A stretch of 61,515 nt of DNA, filler included. It is 6 parts of 6 records of this genome, joined end to end, with 100 filler letters (N's around TTAATTAATTAA, not from the genome) between each part and the next. Parts side by side here need not be neighbours in the genome. Positions count along the whole stretch, not along the records: positions 39,197 to 57,057 come from SRR20825010_197; 5 more parts are not named here. One strand, given 5' to 3'. Made by a program: the position numbers and the translations under genes. The notes beneath the pieces were generated by a model. It did no database searches. It worked only from the letters and a program-made list of their open reading frames with translations, and had not been told where the DNA came from. How positions within the stretch are numbered: position 1 is the stretch's first letter; every line of letters starts with the position of its first letter. Below are positions 39,197 through 50,621 of the stretch, in pieces.

Positions 39197-40132
39197 TTTA
39201 AACTCATGCGTCATATTATTGATAAAGTCCGATTTAATCTCTGAAATCTGCTTCTGTTTTATCAACTGATAGATGGCACTGGAATAGGCTACTACGATGA
39301 CCAAGGTAAACGTCAGGGACAAAATTGCCATACCAAGAATGGACTGTATAAGGAACCTTTTCTTTTTGGGAAAGGTCAGCAAGAGAGAAAAATTGGTATT
39401 CCCTTCACTATCCTTAAATAAAGGAGCCTTGTAAAGTGTGGTCTCCGTGAACTTGAATTTTTTGGATTTCACTTTGGTCGGCAGGCCTTTGCTATAGACC
39501 CCGTATTCGTAGTCTATATCTATGCCCCTATTTTTCAGTTCCCTCCCAAGAAAAAGTTCTATTTCCTGTTTGGATACGCGTTTATGGATGGACCTTGATT
39601 TGGCCTGTTCCCGAAATACATCATCCAATGCAGCTTTATCAATTGAGGAGAGTCCACCGATTTTCTCGAGCTTTTGTACCGGTGTCAAGGAATATTGCCT
39701 GCCGTCCAGACCAAAATCTTCTTTGTAGATCTCTGTTGTTCTGGTACTGGTAATATTTCTAAAGGTTGTGGTGTCCAAGCCTATATCAAAGAACGTAGAT
39801 GCCATATTGTAATCCTCCTCCAAAATACCATGGGTATAAAACCGTATTTCATTGGAATTGATATCACGATCAAAAAAGAAAAAATTCTTAAGATGGGTAG
39901 CCTTTGGCTTTCCAATACTATCCTTAAGCTTGTAAAACTCGTTAAGATAATCCTGTACCTCCCGCTTTTCAATATTCTCTACAACCCTACTCAAAATTTG
40001 GTTGATTGTGTTTGAAAATTGTTCTTCCTTGTCCGCGACCGACTTATTTATCCAATAACTCTGAACAAAGATGATTCCTATTAGGGAAAGGCTCATTAAG
40101 ACTACCAAAAGACCAAATAACCTCTTATTCAT
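39197..40132 (-). CDS. Sensor histidine kinase, 3' truncated
   Basis: Two TM helices flanking a periplasmic domain; KSDFINNMTHEFK H-box. Confidence 0.9.
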
Positions 40133-40212
40133 TTATAAACAAAATTAGAAATTTAACATTTAGCGAATTGCACGTTTAACCTAACCTTAACAAAAATGTT
40201 AAAATTACGCGC

Positions 40213-40800
40213 TTAAGCCCTTATTTTAAGTAATTTATGGTGAATTCGGGAAACTTCCCTTTCCGTTTCTTCCAGTCCAATGTTTTCAATTATGAAGTCT
40301 GAAAGCTTCTCTTTTTCACTATCGGGCAATTGATTATCTATACGAGACATTACCGCTTCGGCCGTGGTCCCGTCCCTATCAACAACCCTTTGTATTCTGA
40401 TATCCTTTGGTGAGGTGACTAAGATTATTTTATCATAAAATTTGTTGGTCCCATTTTCGAATATAATGGCAGCTTCTTGTATTACATAGGGTGCATTCTG
40501 TCGTTTGCACCAACTTTTAAAATGACGTCTCACCGCAGGATGGACTATATTATTGAGACCCTGCAATAATTTCTTGTCCTTGAACACAATTTTGGCGATA
40601 TACTCCTTATTTGGTTTCCCTTCCAAATAACTCTCCTTGCCCAGTAAAGCCTCAATTTCGTTTTTAATCTTTTTTGAACTGGCCATTAGATTCTTGGCCT
40701 CAGCATCCGAATTATAAATGGGCACCCCCAATTTTTGGAACATGGATCCCACGGTGGATTTACCACTGCCAATACCCCCTGTCAAGCCTACGATTATCAT
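40213..40800 (-). CDS. coaE: Dephospho-CoA kinase
   Basis: GLTGGIGSGKST, IVHPAV, RV..RDG. Confidence 0.96.
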   Translation of the reverse strand: MIIVGLTGGIGSGKSTVGSMFQKLGVPIYNSDAEAKNLMASSKKIKNEIEALLGKESYLEGKPNKEYIAKIVFKDKKLLQGLNNIVHPAVRRHFKSWCKRQNAPYVIQEAAIIFENGTNKFYDKIILVTSPKDIRIQRVVDRDGTTAEAVMSRIDNQLPDSEKEKLSDFIIENIGLEETEREVSRIHHKLLKIRA

Positions 40801-41753
40801 TGTCTCTTGAGTATAAATTCCACTTTATTCTCCCTTAGCTGCACCACATTCACACTATCTGGCCTTTTGGTCAATTTCAGGTCCAAAACATTTTCATTTT
40901 TATCCCTTAGGTTGGAATAGTCGGCAGTAACCACAAAATCTGACTCCGCCAATTCCTTAATAGCACTTAAACGCCCCCTGCACAACACCGAAACAATTTC
41001 TGGAAAAGTTCTTATTCCCACCCCTTCAGGCACATTGACAACCTCTACCGGAACCTTAAAAACCTTTTCCGAAAATTTAAATATTTTGGCAGATAGGGTT
41101 ACGTTATGATGGGAGTATTTGGTATTCTTTAGATTAGGCGGAAGGTTTAATTTTAATTTCTCCGAAATATCATTGGTCGTATGTGGCAGCACCAAGGTTT
41201 GGGTAGTAATTCCTGTCAAAGTATCAATCTCCGATTTAGGCCCCATTACGGTTATGGAATCGGGCAACAAAGTATAATTGTTATCCATTAGATAATTCTG
41301 TTCCAGATCAATAGTCACTTTAGGAAGTACCGGTAACTTTTTTTTGTATAGCCTTTGAAAATTAAAAAACAATGTATCCCTATCCATGTCCTCAACCCTT
41401 ATAAATTTAGAAAGTTGATTTTCTATTTGACTTCTATAGGTTGATGGGGAAACAAAATATTTGGGACCTTTTTTTTCCAATTGGGATAGGTCAACCGCTA
41501 CAGTTTTGTTTTTGAAACCGAACATCAAAAATTGAAAACCACTAGCCCTAAGCCTAACCTTAATGTTTCTTTTGGAAACGCTATTTAGCAATAAGCTGTC
41601 CGGGGTACTACCATAATAAATATCAAAGGTGGCATTATTGGTATATTGTTCTCCCAAATTACTAATAAACCAAGCGAGGCCTGAACATAATAGAAAGACC
41701 AGAAAAAGTTTGACCTTTCTTTTATTGAGCCCTTTTTTAATTATATCTATCAA
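40797..41753 (-). CDS. YbbR/CdaR-like domain protein
   Basis: N-terminal TM helix, PDSITVMGP, VPVEVVNVP...FP..V; upstream of coaE. Confidence 0.75.
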   Translation of the reverse strand: MIDIIKKGLNKRKVKLFLVFLLCSGLAWFISNLGEQYTNNATFDIYYGSTPDSLLLNSVSKRNIKVRLRASGFQFLMFGFKNKTVAVDLSQLEKKGPKYFVSPSTYRSQIENQLSKFIRVEDMDRDTLFFNFQRLYKKKLPVLPKVTIDLEQNYLMDNNYTLLPDSITVMGPKSEIDTLTGITTQTLVLPHTTNDISEKLKLNLPPNLKNTKYSHHNVTLSAKIFKFSEKVFKVPVEVVNVPEGVGIRTFPEIVSVLCRGRLSAIKELAESDFVVTADYSNLRDKNENVLDLKLTKRPDSVNVVQLRENKVEFILKRQ

Positions 41754-41757
41754 TTTA

Positions 41758-42765
41758 TTACAGAGTTTTAAAGAAAAGCTTAGGAAATAACTCCTCCGGT
41801 TTCTTATTGCTTAACGCTATTAGAATCGAATTTTTAAAAAATCCGAAACCGTATCCTACAAACTGGATGACCACAGCTATCAATGAAAGCGCAGCCACCT
41901 CAAAATTTTTATTGACTACCAAAGAATGTACAAAAAGTAAACCAAAATATAAGGCGTAAATAGATATTGGCCATAAGATCCCTAAAAACAATAAGACAAT
42001 AGCCCCAACAAATCCGAAACAGAACAAAGTTGGGAACCAATAAGTGATTTTGGCACTGTGCGGATGCCAATGATTTAAAATGGGCCTTACCATACCAAAT
42101 TTCTTGACCTGGGTATAAAATTTATTCCAATCTATTCGCCGCTTATGGTATACAAAGGCATCTTCTATCAATTTGGTTTCAAATCCCGCTTCCCATATTC
42201 TAAAGGTAAGGTCCGGATCTTCTCCTGGGTGTATATTCCCATATCCATGGGTTTTTTCAAACGCTGCTTTAGATATTCCCATATTAAAGCTCCTTGGTTG
42301 AAATTTACCTACCGCCCTTTTATTTCCCCTTATTCCTCCTGTGGTAAACATAGAGGTCATGGCATAATTAATAGCCTTCTGTACATTCGTAAAGGATGAA
42401 TGTGCTGCATCAGGGCCCCCATAACAATCCACATAATGGTTTGTCAAGGATTGCTCCACCACCGATAAATATTGGCTCGGAATTATACAATCGGAATCCA
42501 GGACTATAAAATAATTACCGCGGGCGCGATTCATTCCATAATTTCGGGAATCACCAGGACCGGAATTTGTCTTCTTTAAATAGTTAATGGACAATTTATC
42601 TTTGTACTTATCCACAATATCCTCCGAACTTTCGGACGAACCATCTTCTACGACAACCACCTCAAAAGATTTATCGTAGTCCTGCAATGAAAGGCTTTCC
42701 AGCAATTCGTGGATCTCATTGGGTCTGTTGTAAACCGGCACTATAAAAGAAAAGAATAAATCCAT
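41758..42765 (-). CDS. Glycosyltransferase family 2
   Basis: IVPVYNR, EDGS, RNYG, LDSDC, GEDPD; C-terminal TM helices. Confidence 0.92.
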   Translation of the reverse strand: MDLFFSFIVPVYNRPNEIHELLESLSLQDYDKSFEVVVVEDGSSESSEDIVDKYKDKLSINYLKKTNSGPGDSRNYGMNRARGNYFIVLDSDCIIPSQYLSVVEQSLTNHYVDCYGGPDAAHSSFTNVQKAINYAMTSMFTTGGIRGNKRAVGKFQPRSFNMGISKAAFEKTHGYGNIHPGEDPDLTFRIWEAGFETKLIEDAFVYHKRRIDWNKFYTQVKKFGMVRPILNHWHPHSAKITYWFPTLFCFGFVGAIVLLFLGILWPISIYALYFGLLFVHSLVVNKNFEVAALSLIAVVIQFVGYGFGFFKNSILIALSNKKPEELFPKLFFKTL

Positions 42766-42921
42766 TGAGATTTGGTATATATTAAAGACTTGAAACAAAC
42801 TTATGGGCCTGCCTTCAGCCTTGCTGGAACTACATTAAGCCATTTTGAATATTATGAAACATGGTATTGAGCAATTCATAGCTGGTTATCCAAAAGGCAT
42901 CCTACAGATATACTTAGCGTA

Positions 42922-43734
42922 CTATTCCGAAAATCTATCAATTACTTCCTGACTAACACCCGTATTGGAAAAACCACCGTCGTGAAACAAATTCTGCATG
43001 GTAACCTTCTTGGTCAAATCAGAGAACAAGGTTACGGTATAGTCCGCACAATCTTGGGCAGTTGCATTTCCCAAAGGAGACATCTTATCGGCATAGGAGA
43101 TGAAACTGTTAAACCCTTTAACTCCCTGTCCCGCAGTTGTGGCCGTAGGGGATTGAGATATGGTATTAACCCTAACCTTCTTCTCCTTGCCAAAAAAGTA
43201 TCCAAAACTACGGGCAACCGATTCCAGATAGGCCTTATTGTCGGCCATATCATTGTAGTCCGGAAAGGTTCGCTGAGCGGCCATATACGTCAAAGCTACG
43301 ATGCTGCCCCATTCGTTCATAGCATCGGCCTTATAAAGGCTCTGCATTACTTTGTGAAAAGAAAGGGCGGATACATCCCAGCCTTTGGTGGTAAAATCAT
43401 ATTTCTCATCCGTATAGGCCCTACCTTTACGTACGTTGACAGACATCCCTATGGCGTGCAGTACAAAATCTATCTTCCCTCCTAGAATCTCCATGGATTG
43501 CGTCACCAAATTATCCAAGTCCTCTTCGCTTGTGGCATCGGCAGGAACAATCTTGGAACCGGTCTTTTTTGCAAGTTCGTCTATCTGTCCCATACGCATA
43601 GCAATGGGGGCATTGGTAAGAACAAAGGTTCCACCTTCCGCATGTATGGTTTCAGCAGTTTTCCAAGCTATGGAATTAACATCGAGTGCGCCAAAAATAA
43701 TTCCCTTCTTTCCTTTTAGTAAATTAAACGACAT
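42922..43734 (-). CDS. fabI: Enoyl-ACP reductase
   Basis: SIAW, LTY.A...YNDM...KA.LES, RVNTISQSP. Confidence 0.9.
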   Translation of the reverse strand: MSFNLLKGKKGIIFGALDVNSIAWKTAETIHAEGGTFVLTNAPIAMRMGQIDELAKKTGSKIVPADATSEEDLDNLVTQSMEILGGKIDFVLHAIGMSVNVRKGRAYTDEKYDFTTKGWDVSALSFHKVMQSLYKADAMNEWGSIVALTYMAAQRTFPDYNDMADNKAYLESVARSFGYFFGKEKKVRVNTISQSPTATTAGQGVKGFNSFISYADKMSPLGNATAQDCADYTVTLFSDLTKKVTMQNLFHDGGFSNTGVSQEVIDRFSE

Positions 43735-43764
43735 AGTCTATTTTCTTTGTGAATTTTAGATCGT

Positions 43765-43772
43765 CAAAGATA
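43765..43772 (-). promoter_or_regulatory. Bacteroidota promoter -7 element for fabI
   Basis: TATCTTTG on - strand, about 30 nt upstream of the ATG. Confidence 0.5.
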
Positions 43773-43946
43773 TTAAAAATTAGTGGGTAGACCGCAGAAA
43801 GAACAAGCTAGTAAAACTGGAAATCCTATTATTGGGACATCATATTATAAGGGTTCCAGGCACAAAGGATTGATGTACTTATGGATTAAAATATCTACAA
43901 ACAACACAAATTGGAATTCTAGATTCCATATCCATTAAGCCAAAAG

Positions 43947-45599
43947 TTAATCCAGTAACTGCCTGGCATGCGCCAAAGCTGAATCGGACAAGGTTTTCCC
44001 TCCCAACATTTCTGCCAGTTCTACAACCCTTTCTTCCGAAGAAAGCCTTTTCATTTTGGTATTGGTCCCCATTAGTTCTTCCTCCTTGTACACCTTAAAA
44101 TGATGTACCCCTTTGGCCGCCACCTGTGGTAAATGGGTGATGGAAAATATCTGCATAGTATGGCTCATATCTTTCATAATATCCCCCATTTTATTGGAAA
44201 TCTCCCCGGATACTCCTGTATCTATCTCATCGAACATCATGGTAGGCAGTTGTTCGTATCTGGCCAAAATTGCCTTAATGGTCAACATGATCCTAGAGAG
44301 TTCGCCGCCCGAGGCCACCTTCTTAAGATCACCATAGGCAGACCCCTTGTTCGCAGAAAACAAAAAGCTAAGATCGTCCTTTCCAGTGGGCTTAAACTCT
44401 TTGGATGGCGAAATATCAATTTTAAAGGTTGCACTTGCCATCCCTAAGTCGATCAAAGTTTCCTCCAGTTGTTCTTTAAGCTTTGGAATAACCAACTTTC
44501 TTCTCTTGCTTATATTGGAAGCTTCGGTGTTCAGCGCAGTTTCCAATTGATGTAATTCTTTCTTTTTACGGTCTATATCGGCAACAACATTCTCGGTTGC
44601 ACTTACCTTCTCATCCAAGGCATTCCTTATTTCCATCAATTCCGGAATGGTTTGGGCCTTATGTTTCTTTAGAAGATCATAAAGCAATTGAAGTTTGGCA
44701 TTTACCTGCTCCAACAGTTGCGGATCCGCCTCTACCTTATCATTTAGAATATTGAGTTCGGTGGAAATATCATCCAACTCAATAAACACGGACTTTATAC
44801 GCTCATTAATATCCGAATATTGGTGACCAAAACTGGCCAATTTATTGGATACCTGTTTCAGCTCCGTAAGTAGGTTTACCAGCCCAATCTGCTCGTCATT
44901 TAAGAGCTGCTGCCCATGGGACAATTGCTCCAGAATAATCTCCACATTGTTAAGCTGTTCGTACTGTTCCTCCAATTCTTCCAATATTCCCTCTTTTAAG
45001 GGAGCTGAAATTAATTCCTGCAACAAAAAACTGTTATACTCGTGTTCCTTGGTAGCGCTATTCTGAAAATCTACAAGTTTTTGTAGTTCCTTTTGTGTGG
45101 ATTGATATAAAAGTAATTTTGAAGAATAGGCTGATATCACCTGTCCATTATCGGCCAGGGCATCTATTACCTTTAGTTGAAAGTCATTATCTGCAAGTCG
45201 TAATGTTTGATGCTGTGAATGCACATCTATCAATTGATCTCCCAATTGGGATAAAATATCCAAGGTAACCGGGGAGTCATTAATAAAGGCCCGGGATTTA
45301 CCGCTGGGCAAAATCTCCCTTCTAATAATAGTCTTTGCCTCGTAATCCAAGTCGTTTTCCAAGAAAAATGATTCCAAACCGTATTTGGAAATTTCAAATT
45401 CTGCCTCTACGATGCATTTGTCCTCCTTCTCCCTTAATGAAGAAAGGTCCGCTCTTTTACCCAATACCAAGGACAACCCACCTAATAAAATGGATTTACC
45501 GGCACCCGTTTCACCTGTTATTACCGTAAAGCCATTGGTAAACTTAACGTTTAAATGGTCTATTAATGCGTAATTCTTTATGGAAAGATTTGTTAGCAA
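43947..45599 (-). CDS. recN: DNA repair protein RecN
   Basis: TGETGAGKS, ASGGELSR, FDEIDTGVSG, ITHLPQVAA. Confidence 0.96.
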   Translation of the reverse strand: MLTNLSIKNYALIDHLNVKFTNGFTVITGETGAGKSILLGGLSLVLGKRADLSSLREKEDKCIVEAEFEISKYGLESFFLENDLDYEAKTIIRREILPSGKSRAFINDSPVTLDILSQLGDQLIDVHSQHQTLRLADNDFQLKVIDALADNGQVISAYSSKLLLYQSTQKELQKLVDFQNSATKEHEYNSFLLQELISAPLKEGILEELEEQYEQLNNVEIILEQLSHGQQLLNDEQIGLVNLLTELKQVSNKLASFGHQYSDINERIKSVFIELDDISTELNILNDKVEADPQLLEQVNAKLQLLYDLLKKHKAQTIPELMEIRNALDEKVSATENVVADIDRKKKELHQLETALNTEASNISKRRKLVIPKLKEQLEETLIDLGMASATFKIDISPSKEFKPTGKDDLSFLFSANKGSAYGDLKKVASGGELSRIMLTIKAILARYEQLPTMMFDEIDTGVSGEISNKMGDIMKDMSHTMQIFSITHLPQVAAKGVHHFKVYKEEELMGTNTKMKRLSSEERVVELAEMLGGKTLSDSALAHARQLLD

Positions 45600-45722
45600 A
45601 GTTTATTATCTAAGATTGCCGTAAAGATAATTTATATTGCTTTGGAAAAAAATGTGTGGTAAAAAATTTCTATTTCAATATCCCGATGAGGGACCAAATT
45701 AAATTGTAATTGAGGAATCCGA

Positions 45723-46613
45723 TCAAAATTTTATTTCGCTCCAAGTGGACGAATAAAGCGGGGCTATTTTGTTCAAGGTTTGTTTAAGCTGCACTATATC
45801 CACCTTGGGGCCATCGGAAAATACATTTTGTATTTCTTCAGACTTGGCATCAAAAAAAGTTTGAATCAAAAAAGCATTGGGATGCCTACCGCCCAAGGTC
45901 TCCAGTAAACGCATGGTACCGGCAACTACTTGCTTTCCCGTGCTATTATTATCCGCCAGAACATCCAATCCTTTTCTATGGTAATTGTACATTGCAATTC
46001 TGAACTCTCTGTAGGAATTGGACAAAAGGTTGTCCACCAACTCGAACCTACTTCTCTGCCCAGATGTCTGCGTCCATCCTGAATAACCAGCACTTTGGGC
46101 CAAAGTCACGACTTGTTGCGCCTTTTTATAAAAATCGCTACCCCCTTCCAAAGAAAAAGTGTCCGCATCCAAACCAAGAATAATGTAGGTATAGTAAGAT
46201 AATACCCCTACCAAATTGGAAGTTATATTGTTTTCATTTAAGATCAACGGCTGAAACTCTATATAATCAAAACTAAGCTGATTATCCTTGTAATTGAAAA
46301 TAGGGCTTTCATAGGAGGTGTTAAAAACAGGCCTTGACGATTGAATCTGAATGTTCCCTTTAAATCTACTGGATTCATACTCCGTAATGGTTATGAACAT
46401 CTGGGCGTTCACCCTTTCATTTTCTTTGTAGACCCGATTGGACCACCTGTTCTTATTTACAAAATCATTTAAGGAGCGCTCCAGGGTCTTGAAAATTTGT
46501 TGATTCGTCTGCCCTACCTGGTCCGAATTTATAGTAACCACACAATTCAATTCCTGAGCTCCCAAGCTTATAGAAGTTATAAAACAAATTAGGGCTAAAA
46601 ATAGATTACGCAT
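45723..46613 (-). CDS. DUF4835 family exported protein (PorD-like)
   Basis: AQELNC.V.IN, QSSRPVFN..Y.S, G.DADTF...GG, YHR.GLD; usual position between coaBC and recN. Confidence 0.82.
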   Translation of the reverse strand: MRNLFLALICFITSISLGAQELNCVVTINSDQVGQTNQQIFKTLERSLNDFVNKNRWSNRVYKENERVNAQMFITITEYESSRFKGNIQIQSSRPVFNTSYESPIFNYKDNQLSFDYIEFQPLILNENNITSNLVGVLSYYTYIILGLDADTFSLEGGSDFYKKAQQVVTLAQSAGYSGWTQTSGQRSRFELVDNLLSNSYREFRIAMYNYHRKGLDVLADNNSTGKQVVAGTMRLLETLGGRHPNAFLIQTFFDAKSEEIQNVFSDGPKVDIVQLKQTLNKIAPLYSSTWSEIKF

Positions 46614-47811
46614 GGATCCTGTTCTTGATTTCATTTAAAATATCCAAAGCCACCTCTGCCTTGGTTTTTAACTCAAACGTTTTAATATCCAAATTCTTAT
46701 CTATGAACGATATTTTATTGGTCAATTTTCCAAAACCTGCACCACTATCGTTCAATGAATTTAAGACAATGGCATCCAAGTTTTTCCGTTTTAATTTTCC
46801 TATGGCGTTTTCAACCTCATTTTCAGTTTCCAGCGCAAAACCAACCAGAAATTGCTCCTTCTTCATTTCTCCCAAGGAAAAAAGGATGTCCTTGTTCTTA
46901 ACCAATGTAATGGTAAATTCCTCGGACGTTTTCTTTATTTTCTGATCTGCCACTAATTTAGGTCTGTAATCGGATACCGCCGCGGCGCATATAACGATAT
47001 CCATATCCGGGTACAAAGACACAGTTGCCTTATACATTTCATCGGCCGAAGTTACTTTAACAACTTCTATATGGGAATGTTGCGCGGTTAAATGGGACGG
47101 CCCGGATACCAAATATACCTTTGCCCCGAGCTTGGCGGCATTTTTTGCCAACTCGTAGCCCATTAGGCCCGATGAGTGATTTCCGATAAACCTAACCGGA
47201 TCAATGGCCTCATAGGTGGGGCCAGCCGTTATCAATACTTTCTTGCCACTGAGCGGTAGCCCTTTGCCAAGGTGATCCTTGAGAAAATCGACAATATCCT
47301 CGGGTTCGGCCATGCGTCCCTCCCCTATTAATCCGCTGGCCAACTCACCTGAAGTGGCCGGAATCATAATATTCCCAAAGGACAATAGCTTTTTAAAGGT
47401 CGCTGTAGTAGAAGGATGTTTATACATATCCAAGTCCATTGCCGGAGCAAAGTAAACAGGACATTTTGCCGACAAATAAGTGGCCATCAACAAATTATCG
47501 CAGGTACCATTGGCCATTTTGGACAAGGTATTGGCCGTGGCCGGAGCAATAAGAACCATATCTGCCCAAAGTCCCAATTCTACATGATTGTTCCAGGAAA
47601 CAGTACCGTCCTCCTCATCTACAAATGAAGATAGCACGGCATTCTTGGACAAGGTAGCCAAGGTTAAGGGGGTAACAAAAGAGCTGGCGCTTTCCGTTAA
47701 AACAACTTTAACGTTAGCGCCAGCTTTAATAAGTAAACGAACTAAAAAGGTGGTTTTATAAGCAGCTATACCCCCAGTAATGCCTAAAAGTATATTCTTA
47801 CCGCCCAACAT
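46606..47811 (-). CDS. coaBC: Phosphopantothenoylcysteine decarboxylase/ligase
   Basis: GITGGIAAYK, APATAN, PAM, TAGPT.E.IDPVRFI.N.SSG.MG, GFALET. Confidence 0.97.
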   Translation of the reverse strand: MLGGKNILLGITGGIAAYKTTFLVRLLIKAGANVKVVLTESASSFVTPLTLATLSKNAVLSSFVDEEDGTVSWNNHVELGLWADMVLIAPATANTLSKMANGTCDNLLMATYLSAKCPVYFAPAMDLDMYKHPSTTATFKKLLSFGNIMIPATSGELASGLIGEGRMAEPEDIVDFLKDHLGKGLPLSGKKVLITAGPTYEAIDPVRFIGNHSSGLMGYELAKNAAKLGAKVYLVSGPSHLTAQHSHIEVVKVTSADEMYKATVSLYPDMDIVICAAAVSDYRPKLVADQKIKKTSEEFTITLVKNKDILFSLGEMKKEQFLVGFALETENEVENAIGKLKRKNLDAIVLNSLNDSGAGFGKLTNKISFIDKNLDIKTFELKTKAEVALDILNEIKNRIHA

Positions 47812-47814
47812 CCT

Positions 47815-48147
47815 TTAAGCGTCTTTCTCTGTATTCCTGTGATAAATTTTATCATCCAACCACTCTTTTACAGCCAATGCATGTGGCTTGGGCAATTTTT
47901 CGTAGAATTTAGAAACCTCGATCTGTTCCTTATTTTCGAAAACTTCCTCCAAACTATCACTGTAGGTGGCAAACTCTTCCAACTTCTCCAGAAGCTCCTT
48001 TTTAATTTCAGAATTAATCTGAACAGCTCTTTTGGCAGCTATAGAAATAGCCTCATAGATATTCCCTGTCTTGGCATCGAAATCATTTTTATTGATCGTC
48101 ACCGTAGAAACAGGAGCCTTCGAGTTTTTTAAATCGTTCATATTCAT
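47815..48147 (-). CDS. rpoZ: RNA polymerase omega subunit
   Basis: GNIYEAI.I.AKRA.QI, FEN.EQIEVSK.YE.LPKP. Confidence 0.9.
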   Translation of the reverse strand: MNMNDLKNSKAPVSTVTINKNDFDAKTGNIYEAISIAAKRAVQINSEIKKELLEKLEEFATYSDSLEEVFENKEQIEVSKFYEKLPKPHALAVKEWLDDKIYHRNTEKDA

Positions 48148-48160
48148 ATCAAATCGTATT

Positions 48161-48982
48161 TTATTTGGAATAAATTTCTAATTCTTTTTCAACTTTTTCC
48201 AAGGTCTTATTGGCATCCTTAAGATACTTGGACTCAGGAAAATATTTTTTGAAGGTCATATAGGCCGCCTTGGCATCATTCAATCGATCCTTTTTAAGAT
48301 AATCGAAACTGTTGAGTGCTAAATTGGTTGACGCATCAAACTTATAATAAAGGGCATCTTCGCGATAAACGGAACCCGGGTTGTCCGAAATAAAGTTGTC
48401 AAAAGCTGTAACTGCGGGAGTTAAAAAGGTATAATCAAATTCCCCAATAGTGTTGAACTGCTTTGCTATCTCATAGGATTTACGTTCCTTCTTTGTAGTT
48501 AATTCCCTTGCCATGATGTTGGCCTCCACCAAAAATTCGGATTCCGGATAGGTATTAATAAAGTTTTGCAACTTTATCAAGGCCTTGTCAGTATCTGTCT
48601 GATCTAAAGAATATTTTGGGGAAAGCATATAATAACTTTTAGCACCATAAAACCCCGCTTCAACAGCCTTATCACTTTTAGGATAGGATTTTAGGAACCT
48701 TTCAAACTGGTAACCTGCCATATTGTAGTCCTTGGTCTGAAAATAAGAATCCGCAAGAAAATACATAACACGTTCTCCTTGTGGCTTACCTATATACTTT
48801 GGAGCAATCTGTTCCAACAAACGGTTCGCCCTTTTAAAATCACCGGAATCATAAAATTTTTCCGCCAAATCGTATTTGGCCTTAACATCTTCATTTTTAA
48901 GCACCTTTTGGTACTCACTACAAGAGCTAAGGATGGCAACCAATAATAAAAAGGAAAATAGACGCTTCATTTTTAAAAACAT
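48161..48982 (-). CDS. bamD: Outer membrane protein assembly lipoprotein BamD
   Basis: LSSC lipobox, TPR helices, SP.YSLDQTDT..A...LQ.FIN.YP.S; start may be 48970. Confidence 0.88.
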   Translation of the reverse strand: MFLKMKRLFSFLLLVAILSSCSEYQKVLKNEDVKAKYDLAEKFYDSGDFKRANRLLEQIAPKYIGKPQGERVMYFLADSYFQTKDYNMAGYQFERFLKSYPKSDKAVEAGFYGAKSYYMLSPKYSLDQTDTDKALIKLQNFINTYPESEFLVEANIMARELTTKKERKSYEIAKQFNTIGEFDYTFLTPAVTAFDNFISDNPGSVYREDALYYKFDASTNLALNSFDYLKKDRLNDAKAAYMTFKKYFPESKYLKDANKTLEKVEKELEIYSK

Positions 48983-49123
48983 TTTGCAAAATTAAGGATT
49001 CTAAACGGATATAAAAAACATTTTTATCGCGCTAAAATAGCCCGCCCCTTTACCAACTACAACATTTTTATGCAAGTTTTAACTTTGTTGGTAAAAAATC
49101 CTATAACAGCTAGTTGTATTTTT

Positions 49124-50014
49124 CTAAACAACCGTCTTCAGCAAAGTGTTCAAAAAGCTCTTAATGGTCTTTTTTAGGGTTGCAGTGGCTTCTACCAAAG
49201 GCAACCTTACAACTGCAGTTCCAAGGCCAACAGCTTCCAACACAGCCTTGATACCCGCAGGATTACCTTCTTTGAAAATTAAATCCATACCGTCCTGCAT
49301 AGCATACTGCAATGCAAAGGCTTCTTTGACCCTACCTTCCAAACCAAAACGTATCATTTGGGAAAATTCTGAAGGAAGGCCCTGTCCCAAAACAGATATT
49401 ACCCCGGAACCCCCGGCCAATACCGTGGAAAGTGCGGTAAAATCATCCCCAGAAATTACCATAAAATCAGCAGGTTTATCCTTAATAGTCCGCATTATTT
49501 GAACCATATCACCACATGCCTCCTTAATACCTACGATATTGTTGAAATCATTGGCCAACCTCAAAACCGTTTCGGGAAGCATATTACTCCCTGTCCTACC
49601 TGGTACATTATACAATATAATAGGTTTGGGAGAGGCCAAGGATATAGCTTTAAAATGCTGATATATCCCTTCTTGTGTTGGCCTATTGTAATAAGGTGAG
49701 ACCGATAAAATAGCTACGAAATCTTTTAGATCAGTTTCTTGAAGTTCTTCTACAACGGCCGCCGTGTTGTTGCTGCCTACACCCAAAACCAATGGGAGCC
49801 TCCCCGCATTGGCATCCACAATAGTATCTATAACAAGTTGTTTTTCTTTTTTGGACAACACAACGGACTCCCCGGTAGTTCCCAATACAACCAAATAATC
49901 TATTCCACCATCCACACAATAGTTTACGATTTTTGCCAAAGCTATCGTATCTATAGAAAAATCCTCCTTAAAAGGAGTCACCAGGGCAACACCCGTTCCA
50001 ACTAACTGTTCCAT
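49124..50014 (-). CDS. dapA: 4-hydroxy-tetrahydrodipicolinate synthase
   Basis: [33 protein letters not shown]. Confidence 0.96.
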   Translation of the reverse strand: MEQLVGTGVALVTPFKEDFSIDTIALAKIVNYCVDGGIDYLVVLGTTGESVVLSKKEKQLVIDTIVDANAGRLPLVLGVGSNNTAAVVEELQETDLKDFVAILSVSPYYNRPTQEGIYQHFKAISLASPKPIILYNVPGRTGSNMLPETVLRLANDFNNIVGIKEACGDMVQIMRTIKDKPADFMVISGDDFTALSTVLAGGSGVISVLGQGLPSEFSQMIRFGLEGRVKEAFALQYAMQDGMDLIFKEGNPAGIKAVLEAVGLGTAVVRLPLVEATATLKKTIKSFLNTLLKTVV

Positions 50015-50550
50015 TATTTAATCTCATTTAAAACCCTTAAATATTTCCGCAACTCCTTTTTAAAAGTTTGGAAATCCTTAATGGGAGTATTCAATATCAA
50101 ATCGTTCAAATTCTTATCCACACTACCAAAACCTACTTTTAACCTGGCTTTGGTCTTTAACGTCATTAATTGTAATAACAATTTTTCATCCGTATAATAA
50201 TTAACCAAAAGGTCATATTCCCTGTTTAAAAACTCCAAGGCATAGCTATTTTCAATATTCGCTTTCCAACCCAAATCCTTATCAGAAAAAACCGGGGTTG
50301 AATAAGGGGAATTTTTGTCATAATATTTCTTGTACCCAATTATTTTCACAGAATTGGGCCTTAAGGAAAATTCATCCACAAACTCATAAAATGCATTGGC
50401 ATTCTCAAACTCGTCCAAATCAACAATACAACCTACAGAACTTATGCCCTTATCCCGATTAATAGTTTCAGGCGGGGTGATCAAGCCCCGTTGTAAAAAC
50501 TTTTTACCGGCCCTAAATTTAATTTTTTCCTTAAGCGTTTTTAAAAACAT
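50014..50550 (-). CDS. Conserved hypothetical protein (DUF6913-like)
   Basis: [22 protein letters not shown]; translationally coupled to dapA. Confidence 0.7.
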   Translation of the reverse strand: MFLKTLKEKIKFRAGKKFLQRGLITPPETINRDKGISSVGCIVDLDEFENANAFYEFVDEFSLRPNSVKIIGYKKYYDKNSPYSTPVFSDKDLGWKANIENSYALEFLNREYDLLVNYYTDEKLLLQLMTLKTKARLKVGFGSVDKNLNDLILNTPIKDFQTFKKELRKYLRVLNEIK

Positions 50551-50621
50551 GTATTTTTACATTTTCAAGATTGTAAATGTAAATAATATCACCTCAATAA
50601 TTATACGAAGGTAAGAAGTAT